From NCBI GenBank assembly GCA_963768715.1, contig CAVYJC010000002.1, positions 272,529 through 336,528 on the forward strand: DNA of 64,000 nt, read 5' to 3'. The notes beneath the pieces were generated by a model that was not told the DNA's origin, searched no databases, and saw nothing but the letters and a program-made list of their open reading frames with translations. This stretch comes from an uncultured Bacteroidota bacterium (GTDB lineage Bacteria; Bacteroidota; Rhodothermia; Rhodothermales; DATKEJ01). The translations under genes were made by a program, and so were the position numbers. This document shows positions 37,934 through 45,422 of this stretch, piece by piece (position 1 is the stretch's first letter; each line of letters starts with the position of its first letter).

Positions 37934-38038
37934 GTCCGTCGTCCTGGTCCGGGGTGCGGGGTCGTCGGAAGGCCGGGCGTTGATCGATGATCGATGGTCG
38001 GTGATCGGCGCCCGGTGACCAGTGTCCGGTGACTACTG
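37934..38038. repeat. Convergent intergenic spacer composed entirely of ~15 phased degenerate heptamers
   Basis: ...tccgggg tgcgggg tcgtcgg aaggccg ggcgttg atcgatg atcgatg gtcggtg atcggcg cccggtg accagtg tccggtg actactg. One phase is kept from the stop at 37932 to the stop at 38039. Confidence 0.8.
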
Positions 38039-39655
38039 CTACCTCACCACCGTCATAGATCTCGTATACACCCCTCGGTCCGTTTTGAGGCGGAGCCAGT
38101 AATTGCCCGGCGCAACGAGCATGCCGGCGTCGTCAGTTCCGTCCCAATACGTCGATTGCGCGCCTGCCGAATGGAGGCCGTCGACGAGCCGCCGGACTGT
38201 TTGCCCCAGCGCATTCGAGATGGTTAGCTCGACGTCACCGGGCGTTTCCAACTCGTACAGAACCGAGACGGGCCCGCGTGACGGATTCGGGTATCGCTCA
38301 AGGAGCATGCTGGACTCCGGGAGTTCGGAACCTTCGACTGCAGTTGGAAAGAGCACATCACCCGTCAACGCATCTACTATAAACTGTTGCGAGACGAAAG
38401 TCGTGTTGTCGTTGTACGAAACAACCCAGGCCGGCTGCGGATCTACGACCGACCCGGACTTACCGGCTTCCCAACTTTGGATCGTCTTGCCATGCTGTCC
38501 TTTCGAGACCGGAACCTGAACATTGTACAGGCCCGCCTGGATGAACACGTCCATGTTTTGCATCCGAAACTCGGAGCCTCCGGCGCCTTCGGCCGCTTCG
38601 AGGGCCACCGAAGAATCGACCCAGCCGTCGGGGAGGTTGATCGCTGGGTCCAGGTCCCCCCCTTCACCACCGAGAGACACATTGTCGAGCAACACGACGT
38701 AGCCGAAATTAAGGGCAACCCCGAGGGTATCCTCGGAAGCGGCGGAGTAGAATATGTACAGCCACGTGCCGGCCTGTCCGTCCGGAGTCAACTCGCCGCC
38801 CTGAATTCCCGACAGTGCAGCATCCGCATGAACCGACCGGGCCAATGCAACAACGTCGTCATAGGTCGCACGGGCGGTGGCACTGGCGGAGTGAATTTCC
38901 ACGTCGACGCCGGTGACCTCCTGGCCACCCGAAATCGTGATTTCATCGGGTACGAGATCACCGTTGGCGTCGTAGAATCCAATCCCTTCCCCCGCCACGC
39001 CCGCGTTCGGCTCGCCGTTATGGTCGACGTCTCTGAACGCGGTGGGCAGAAAGGTACCATCGGGTGCGTAGTCAATCTGGTAAGAACCGTCTTCGCCGGT
39101 TACGACCGCCGCTCCCGTAAATTGCGGTCCGTCGTCACCTTCCTGGTCGTCGGCGGTGAGGAAGTCGGGTGGGAAGAGCGCAACAACAGCGTTCTGCGGC
39201 GTCGATTCGGGAAAGGACACCTTGCCCGAAACAGAACCCGTCGGCAGCGTACCGGTGGAGAACGTCCACGCATACGGTCGATCCAGCTGGTCGCCGGACT
39301 CCGCTTTTGCGCCGAGAAGAACGACCGTGTACTGCGTGTCGTCGTTCAAGAGAACATTGACCGTCAACTGGGTGCGGGAGCCGTTCAAAGAGTAACCCAG
39401 AGGCTGTCCGGTCGCGGGAGATATCTGGGCTCCAATGAAGAAGCCCTCTTCTCCTCCGAACAAAGCCGTAGTATCGATGGCTTGCGAGAAGTTGAGGACA
39501 AGCGGCTGGCTCGTGGCGACGTTTTCGCTTCCGTTGGCAGGTAACATGGATTCGAGCGTGAGCTGCGCACTTGCCGACGAGACGAAAACAACGGGAAAGA
39601 GGATCGCGAGCACGATGGCGGCGACCCTTGCCCTGAGGTATTGCGGGGAATACAT
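38039..39655 (-). CDS. T9SS-secreted surface protein with N-terminal Ig-like (SbsA/Big_5-like) domain
   Basis: 538 aa. Signal peptide ...AILFPVVFVSSASAQ. LPANGSENVATSQPLVLNFSQAID...YTVVLLGAKAESGDQLDRPYAWTFSTG resembles Ig-like domains. CTD ERYPNPSRGPVSVLYELETPGDVELTISNALGQTV...GNYWLRLKTDRGVYTRSMTVVR. An AT-rich putative promoter region lies at 39690-39830. Confidence 0.75.
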   Translation of the reverse strand: MYSPQYLRARVAAIVLAILFPVVFVSSASAQLTLESMLPANGSENVATSQPLVLNFSQAIDTTALFGGEEGFFIGAQISPATGQPLGYSLNGSRTQLTVNVLLNDDTQYTVVLLGAKAESGDQLDRPYAWTFSTGTLPTGSVSGKVSFPESTPQNAVVALFPPDFLTADDQEGDDGPQFTGAAVVTGEDGSYQIDYAPDGTFLPTAFRDVDHNGEPNAGVAGEGIGFYDANGDLVPDEITISGGQEVTGVDVEIHSASATARATYDDVVALARSVHADAALSGIQGGELTPDGQAGTWLYIFYSAASEDTLGVALNFGYVVLLDNVSLGGEGGDLDPAINLPDGWVDSSVALEAAEGAGGSEFRMQNMDVFIQAGLYNVQVPVSKGQHGKTIQSWEAGKSGSVVDPQPAWVVSYNDNTTFVSQQFIVDALTGDVLFPTAVEGSELPESSMLLERYPNPSRGPVSVLYELETPGDVELTISNALGQTVRRLVDGLHSAGAQSTYWDGTDDAGMLVAPGNYWLRLKTDRGVYTRSMTVVR

Positions 39656-39907
39656 GGTGGTGCAGGTTCGGGGGAACGTGGGCTCAAGAATATAATGATT
39701 TCAACCACGTTGGCAGCCCAAAATGTCGCCGTTGACCACGACACGCGGATAATGTCGGTTTATCGATCAGCAATATGACTAATATGATTGATATAAAAAT
39801 ATCGTATAAATCACATTTTACGTGTTTCTGAGCGATAGTGTCGGAGCTTATCGAGCTTGGGGCCTCCGGCGCCGGCATGGGACTGCCGCATGGATCCGTG
39901 GGAGTGC

Positions 39908-41048
39908 CTAAGTGCCAGATTCCGGATTCGCGGATTCGGTGCTGTTTGCAACGAGGAGCCCGGCAGCTGTTGCGGCACACGCAATCTCCAAGCTCTTCAA
40001 TCCGTCGGCCAGCGTCACCCGTATCGGTTCGGATCGGGCCCCGTCGCCTCGTAGGAAATCGCTCATCAGTTTGCGAAGCGCATCCAGATAGGCTTCCTCT
40101 TTCGTCCCTGGAGTCTCGAATGACGCTTCGACCATTCGGCGCACCTGACCCTGGCCCTCCCCGTTCGCCAGGGGGACAGTTCGACTTCCCTGCAGCGGAC
40201 GGTCTCTTTCGATCGATAAACCGGGAAGCTGCTCAAGGGTGTTCTCGTTGTCCTGACCCAGCAATGCGATGACTCTCCCCTTCATTGGTATCCAGCCTTC
40301 CACATCGATCTGGGCGCCGTCGAACACGAATCGGAGAGAAGTCCGCTCGAACGGTTCGAGCCTGTTGAACGCGTGGTATTGCGCGGCGACGAGTCCGTCT
40401 TCATAACGTGCTTCGAGCGACATCCGATCGACGCGTCCGTCAGACGCGACGCCACGATCTCCCGTCCACGCGAGCTACCGGTGAGGAGGTGCATCCGTTC
40501 ACGACGTCGATGAAATGGACGGCATGTTCGATGAGAATCCCGCCCGAAATGTCAGGGTTCCAGAACCAGTGATCGGCGGTCAGGGATTCATCCTGTGCGT
40601 AGTTCTCGACTACGACGCGCTGCAGCGCGCCAAACGTCTTCTCTCGGCACCAGCCGTGCACGCACTCGATAATCGGATTATAGCGAAGCATGAAATCCAC
40701 CGTCGCGGTCGCCGACGAGTCCCTATCGGCGGTGAGCACCTGTTGCGCGTCCGCGACTGAAACGGCGATCGGCTTCTCTACGAGAACGTGCACACCGCGC
40801 CTGAGGGCTTCTGCGGCAATCTCCGGATGGGTGGCGGGCGGGGTCACGACCGACACAACGTCGACCTCGCCGGAGTCGAGCAGGCGCCGCCAATCGGCGA
40901 ACTGGGCGATTCCTTCCTGGCGAGCGTCCGGGTTCACGTCCGCGATGGCTGTTAGCCTTACGCCCTCAACACCCGACCAGGCTTTTGCCAGGAATCGCCC
41001 GAATCCGCCGAAACCAATGATGCCGATGCGATGGGTCACGTCACGCAT
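39908..41048 (-). CDS. Gfo/Idh/MocA-family NAD(P)-dependent oxidoreductase, interrupted by frameshift(s) near 40425-40470
   Basis: N-terminal ORF 40440..41048 (IGIIGFGGFGRFLAKAW Rossmann, VHVLVEKPIA). The C-terminal domain continues in ORF 39908..40423 (SLEARYEDGLVAAQYHAFN...). Confidence 0.7.
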
Positions 41049-41072
41049 GAATTTTCATTTTTTGGTCGGAAT

Positions 41073-41166
41073 CGACCGACGGACATGCCTGACGGCACCT
41101 GCATGGGTCTACCGTTCGACCGACGGACATGCCTGGCGGCACACGGACATGCCTGGCGGCATGTCC
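41073..41166. repeat. Direct repeats of CGACCGACGGACATGCCTGRCGGCAC (2.7 copies); the last copy forms a perfect 9-bp hairpin
   Basis: Copies at 41073..41098, 41117..41142 and 41143..41161. Hairpin GGACATGCC tggc GGCATGTCC at 41145..41166. Located in the divergent oxidoreductase / LacI intergenic region. Confidence 0.85.
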
Positions 41167-41223
41167 CTACGTCGGCATGCCGGACAACGCCGACGGCATC
41201 GGACCGGACATCGACTGGCGGCA

Positions 41224-41286
41224 CACCGAACACCAAACACCAAACATCGAACACCGAACGTCGAACACCGAACGTCGAACACCGAA
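41224..41286. repeat. Tandem heptamers CAYCRAA x9
   Basis: caccgaa caccaaa caccaaa catcgaa caccgaa cgtcgaa caccgaa cgtcgaa caccgaa. Confidence 0.9.
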
Positions 41287-41294
41287 CCATTCTG

Positions 41295-41308
41295 TCGAAT
41301 CGATTCGA
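41295..41308. promoter_or_regulatory. Perfect 14-bp palindrome TCGAATCGATTCGA (candidate LacI-family operator)
   Basis: Read directly from the sequence; CG-centred dyad about 120 nt upstream of the LacI-family gene. Confidence 0.4.
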
Positions 41309-41357
41309 TACAATATCGAAATTGCTGGCTTTCCGATCTCATTTAGTTAGTCATGTG

Positions 41358-41403
41358 TTGACATGTCGAAAGCGCTTTCGTAGGTTATCGAAGCGTTTCG
41401 ATA
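41358..41403 (+). promoter_or_regulatory. Putative promoter (TTGACA at 41358-41363) overlapped by two CG-centred palindromes (candidate LacI-family operators)
   Basis: CGAAAGCGCTTTCG (41367..41380, perfect 14 bp) and TATCGAAGCGTTTCGATA (41386..41403, 18 bp with one mismatched pair). They resemble the generic LacI/CcpA operator architecture (TGnAAnCGnTTnCA-like). The -10 candidate TAGGTT 17 nt after TTGACA is weak. Confidence 0.45.
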
Positions 41404-41428
41404 ATTTTCGCTCTTCTTCCTTCGCGCT

Positions 41429-42457
41429 TTGAAACGATCGACAATCAAGGACGTCGCCGCAGAAGCTGGCGTCGCCATATCAACGGTTTCTCTTGCAATG
41501 AGCGGCAAGGGATATGTTCGTGACGAAACGAAGAGACGGATCAAGCAGGCGGCCGAGCGTCTGCATTATGCCCCCGCAAGGGCCGCCCAGCGATTGGCCT
41601 CGACCCACACGGGTAACGTCGGCTTCGTGCTACGCGAGGATCACTTCACTCGGAGCGAGCCATTCTACACCCGGGTCTTTCTAGGCACTGAATTTGAAGC
41701 GGATCAACATGGGCATTACGTCTTGCTCACGACCGTTCCCAGTCCGTTTGCCCCGGACAGACATCTCCCTCGTTTTCTTCGCGAACGAAACGTGGACGGC
41801 CTGATGATTGCCGGAAAGGTGGATGACGACTTCCTGGCAACATTGGAAGAGTTGTCTCTACCCGTTGTGTTGATCGATTTCGAACACGACGACATCCCAT
41901 CGGTTTTGATTGACAATCAGGGTGGTGCGGCGGCAGCCGTAGAGCACCTCTTGAGCAGGTCGCACCGTCGGATCGCTTTTCTCGGCGCCGACATGACACA
42001 TCCAAGTATTCACGGCCGGCTGGACGGATACCGGCTTGCCATGGCCGCGGCCGACCTGCCGGCTGATGACCGGTTCGTCGTAACGTCGACGAATGGCGAG
42101 CCTAATGCTGAAACAGGCCGGATCCTTGCGGGCCGCCTGTTCGCTATGGATCCCATGCCGTCGGCCGTCTTCTGTGCAAACGACGAACTGGCATTGACAG
42201 TCATTCGATACGCTGCCGAAAAGGGGATTCGTATTCCGGAGGACCTGGCGGTCGTCGGATTTGACGACGTGGAGAGCGCGAAACTCGTATCGCCCGCGCT
42301 CACCACCGTGAGGGTATTCAAGGAGCAGTTGGGTGAATTGGCGGCCCGGTACCTGGCCGAACTGATTTCGAGCAGACCGGAGAGCCGCAATCGGTACGAG
42401 CGAAGCAGTCACACGATCCGAGTTCCAACAGAGCTCGTGATCCGAAATTCAACTTAG
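41429..42457 (+). CDS. LacI-family transcriptional regulator
   Basis: 342 aa. N-terminal HTH MKRSTIKDVAAEAGVAISTVSLAMSGKGYVRDETKRRIKQAAERLHYAPARAAQRLA followed by a periplasmic-binding-protein-like sugar-binding fold. The start codon is TTG. Confidence 0.85.
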   Translation: MKRSTIKDVAAEAGVAISTVSLAMSGKGYVRDETKRRIKQAAERLHYAPARAAQRLASTHTGNVGFVLREDHFTRSEPFYTRVFLGTEFEADQHGHYVLLTTVPSPFAPDRHLPRFLRERNVDGLMIAGKVDDDFLATLEELSLPVVLIDFEHDDIPSVLIDNQGGAAAAVEHLLSRSHRRIAFLGADMTHPSIHGRLDGYRLAMAAADLPADDRFVVTSTNGEPNAETGRILAGRLFAMDPMPSAVFCANDELALTVIRYAAEKGIRIPEDLAVVGFDDVESAKLVSPALTTVRVFKEQLGELAARYLAELISSRPESRNRYERSSHTIRVPTELVIRNST

Positions 42458-42595
42458 AGATCAGGCACACGATGCTTGACTGGGAGAAGTCTACAAACAG
42501 TGTATAGTAAACAGCGGTCAACCGCTGAATATTCAATCAAGAAACGGCCTCAATTCATGATGGCCCGTGCAAGCAGACCTATAAAGGAGGTCGTC

Positions 42596-45334
42596 ATGCG
42601 AAATGTATTACATAAACTCTGGTATCTCGGCATTATGGCGTTTGTCGCCGTCGTGGCTATGGCGCCTCCGGCGCTCGCGCAATACGACGCAAGCGCTCTG
42701 ACCGCCGACAACCCAATGAACCTGTTGTCCAACGGGGGCTTCGAGGTCATGAAGCCGGCGTACTGGGATGCCGATGGTGACGGCGCCAGTTGGACGGACG
42801 CCATGTCGCGTACGCCCGAATGGAGCCTGGAGCTTTCGGGAGCAGGAGAAGCGTCGTGGACGATGGGAGAAGCGGTACGCAACTGGACACCGGCCTTCCC
42901 GGCTGACGGCGAGAAGAACCCTGAGATCGAAATCGGCGGGTGGGTCTACACCGACGGTGTGAACACCTCCCCCGGCGCCGATGATGAAAAATTCCAGCTC
43001 GTCTTCGAGTTCTTCGAGGATGCCACCCAGACGACGAACGTGTTGGGTGAGCCGATCGTGCTGGATCTTCCGCAGGATGCGGCATCGAGCGATGGCTGGG
43101 TTGAGGTCTCGAACGAAGCACTCGGCGCGATCACATTTCCCGGACCGCAGGCCGCGAAGAGCGCGCGCGTGACCTTCCGCAAAGGAGCGAATGCCACAGG
43201 TACGGCATATCTCGACGACCTGTATATCCGGACGGCCGAGGGATCCGACGGATGGTCGGGTGACTTCTTCAATGCGAACATGGACGCGGGAGACAACAAC
43301 TACTACTGGTGGAACAACTTCTCCGGCGGCGTGGCCGACTGGCCTGACACGCAGGATCACATTAATACGGTGAGCAACGGCGACGCGTACGAAGGTGATT
43401 ACAGCTTGCGGCTCGAAGCCAACACCGACAACCAGAACGAAACCGTCGGCATCCTTGAGCGCGTACCCGTCGACGGCCCGATCGTTGTCAGTTTTCGCGT
43501 GAAGTACGAGGGTAATGCCGAACCGGATTCCATTGGAGTCGGGCAGAATAACCTGGGCATTACAGTACTTTGGTACAGCAACATGGAGTCAGGTGCGGCC
43601 GGCTACAATCAGATTGGCGAGGTCAACGTGACGTTGAACAATACGGTGAACGATGACCCCGTCAACGAACAGGTTGTCCCCAAACTGGGACCTTCCGAGG
43701 ACGGGTGGACGCAGTATGCCTTCGTTCTATACCCCTTGGATGGGACCGTCGGGACCGAAATCCGACCCAGATACTGGAACGGGTTTACCGGAGTCTCCTA
43801 CTGGGATGACTTCTTCGTAGCGCCTCTGTCGGAAATAACATCCAGTCTTGCCGATGAGAATGAATTATCCAACGGCGGCTTCGAGGTCATGAAGCCGGCG
43901 TACTGGGAAGCTACCGGAAGCGGTGCGATGTGGTCAGACGCAATGTCACGAACCCCCGAGCGCAGCTTGGAGCTCACTGGCGGAGGTGGACTGACGGGCA
44001 CTGGTGAGGCGTCGTGGACGATGGGAGAAGCGGTACGCAACTGGACACCGGCCTTCCCGGCTGACGGCGAGAAGAACCCTGAGATCGAAATCGGCGGGTG
44101 GGTCTACACCGACGGTGTGAACACCTCCCCCGGCGCCGATGATGAAAAATTCCAGCTCGTCTTCGAGTTCTTCGAGGATGCCACCCAGACGACGAACGTG
44201 TTGGGTGAGCCGATCGTGCTGGATCTTCCACAGGATGCGGCATCGAGCGATGGCTGGGTTGAGGTCTCGAACGAAGCACTCGGCGCGATCACATTTCCAG
44301 GACCGCAGGCCGCGAAGAGCGCCCGCGTGACGTTCCGCAAAGGCGCGAATGCCACTGGTACAGCGTACCTCGACGACCTGTATATCCGCACCGCCGAGGG
44401 ATCCGACGGGTGGTCGGGTGACTTCTTCAATGCGAACATGGACGCGGGAGACAACAACTACTACTGGTGGAACAACTTCTCCGGCGGCGTGGCCGACTGG
44501 CCTGACACGCAGGATCACATTAATACGGTGAGCAGCGGCGACGCGTACGAAGGTGATTACAGCTTGCGGCTCGAAGCCAACACCGACAACCAGAACGAAA
44601 CCGTCGGCATCCTTGAGCGCGTACCCGCCATGTCGGGCGTTCCGCTGCTCGTCAGCTACTTCCTCAAGCACGAAGGGAATGCCATGGAAGACTCCATTGG
44701 CGTCGGACAGAACAACTTGGGAATGGTGTTCCTGTCGTACAGCAGCATGGAGTCAGGTGCGGCCGGCTACAATCAGATTGGCGAGGTCAACGTGACGTTG
44801 AACAGCACGGTGAACGATGACCCCGTTAACGAACAGTTTGTCCCTAAACTGGGTACCTCCGCGGCGGGGAAATCAGCCGGAGCCGACTGGACGCAGTACG
44901 GATTCGTCTACTATCCGCTTGATGGAGCCGCCGGAATCGAGGTTCGTCCCAGGTACCACCAGGCGTTCAGCGGGGTCAGCTATTGGGATAATATTTCTGT
45001 AATTCCGCTGGGTGGACTCCACGTGAACACGGCCGTCGAGGATGACCCCGTGGACGGTTCACTTCCGGAGACCTTCCGTCTCAATCAAAACTATCCAAAC
45101 CCGTTCAACCCGGCGACCACGATCTCCTTCGACCTTAAGCAGTCGCAGATCGTCTCGCTCGGCGTGTACAACGTGCTCGGACAGAAAGTGGCGAGCCTCC
45201 TCGACCGTCAGTTGATGACGGCCGGTACCCAGGCAGTAGAGTTCAATGCAGCCAGCTTGCCGAGCGGTCTGTACCTCTACGTGCTGGAGGTGAACGACCA
45301 AGCCGTCTCCAAGAAGATGGTATTGCTGAAGTAG
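42596..45334 (+). CDS. T9SS-secreted protein with an internally duplicated ~386-aa unit containing CBM4/9-like (NGGFE) jelly-roll modules
   Basis: ORF 42476..45334. Start set at the ATG at 42596, preceded by AAGGAGG (42584..42590). Signal peptide MRNVLHKLWYLGIMAFVAVVAMAPPALAQ. SNGGFEVMKPAYW... occurs twice. CTD QNYPNPFNPATTISFDLKQSQIVSLGVYNVLGQKV...GLYLYVLEVNDQAVSKKMVLLK. Confidence 0.85.
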   Translation: MRNVLHKLWYLGIMAFVAVVAMAPPALAQYDASALTADNPMNLLSNGGFEVMKPAYWDADGDGASWTDAMSRTPEWSLELSGAGEASWTMGEAVRNWTPAFPADGEKNPEIEIGGWVYTDGVNTSPGADDEKFQLVFEFFEDATQTTNVLGEPIVLDLPQDAASSDGWVEVSNEALGAITFPGPQAAKSARVTFRKGANATGTAYLDDLYIRTAEGSDGWSGDFFNANMDAGDNNYYWWNNFSGGVADWPDTQDHINTVSNGDAYEGDYSLRLEANTDNQNETVGILERVPVDGPIVVSFRVKYEGNAEPDSIGVGQNNLGITVLWYSNMESGAAGYNQIGEVNVTLNNTVNDDPVNEQVVPKLGPSEDGWTQYAFVLYPLDGTVGTEIRPRYWNGFTGVSYWDDFFVAPLSEITSSLADENELSNGGFEVMKPAYWEATGSGAMWSDAMSRTPERSLELTGGGGLTGTGEASWTMGEAVRNWTPAFPADGEKNPEIEIGGWVYTDGVNTSPGADDEKFQLVFEFFEDATQTTNVLGEPIVLDLPQDAASSDGWVEVSNEALGAITFPGPQAAKSARVTFRKGANATGTAYLDDLYIRTAEGSDGWSGDFFNANMDAGDNNYYWWNNFSGGVADWPDTQDHINTVSSGDAYEGDYSLRLEANTDNQNETVGILERVPAMSGVPLLVSYFLKHEGNAMEDSIGVGQNNLGMVFLSYSSMESGAAGYNQIGEVNVTLNSTVNDDPVNEQFVPKLGTSAAGKSAGADWTQYGFVYYPLDGAAGIEVRPRYHQAFSGVSYWDNISVIPLGGLHVNTAVEDDPVDGSLPETFRLNQNYPNPFNPATTISFDLKQSQIVSLGVYNVLGQKVASLLDRQLMTAGTQAVEFNAASLPSGLYLYVLEVNDQAVSKKMVLLK
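42719..45016. repeat. Intragenic tandem duplication (1140 + 1158 bp) with a 619-bp near-identical core (42851..43469 vs 44009..44627)
   Basis: Out-of-frame ORFs recur at a +1158 offset (42946..43299 vs 44104..44457). By manual alignment the core differs at 14 positions, 13 of them synonymous. The flanks of the unit are much more divergent. Confidence 0.95.
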
Positions 45335-45422
45335 CCTGATCATCATGGGGCGAGGTCGCTTCAGCCGTCTCGGCTGGGGCGACCTTCCTCCGTGGTGGCA
45401 TACCAAACTGAAGGATTCGGTT

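Noticed and set aside
42511-42526. The dyad CAGCGGTCAACCGCTG after the LacI stop, considered as an intrinsic terminator.
   Set aside because: The stem would be only 6-7 bp with a 2-4-nt loop and no T tract (followed by AATATTCAATC). It is kept only as a possible protein-binding dyad, mentioned under the operator finding.
42476-42595. The upstream 40 codons of ORF 42476..45334.
   Set aside because: A strong AAGGAGG lies 5 nt before the ATG at 42596, which starts a canonical signal peptide. The upstream part has no RBS and no conserved character.
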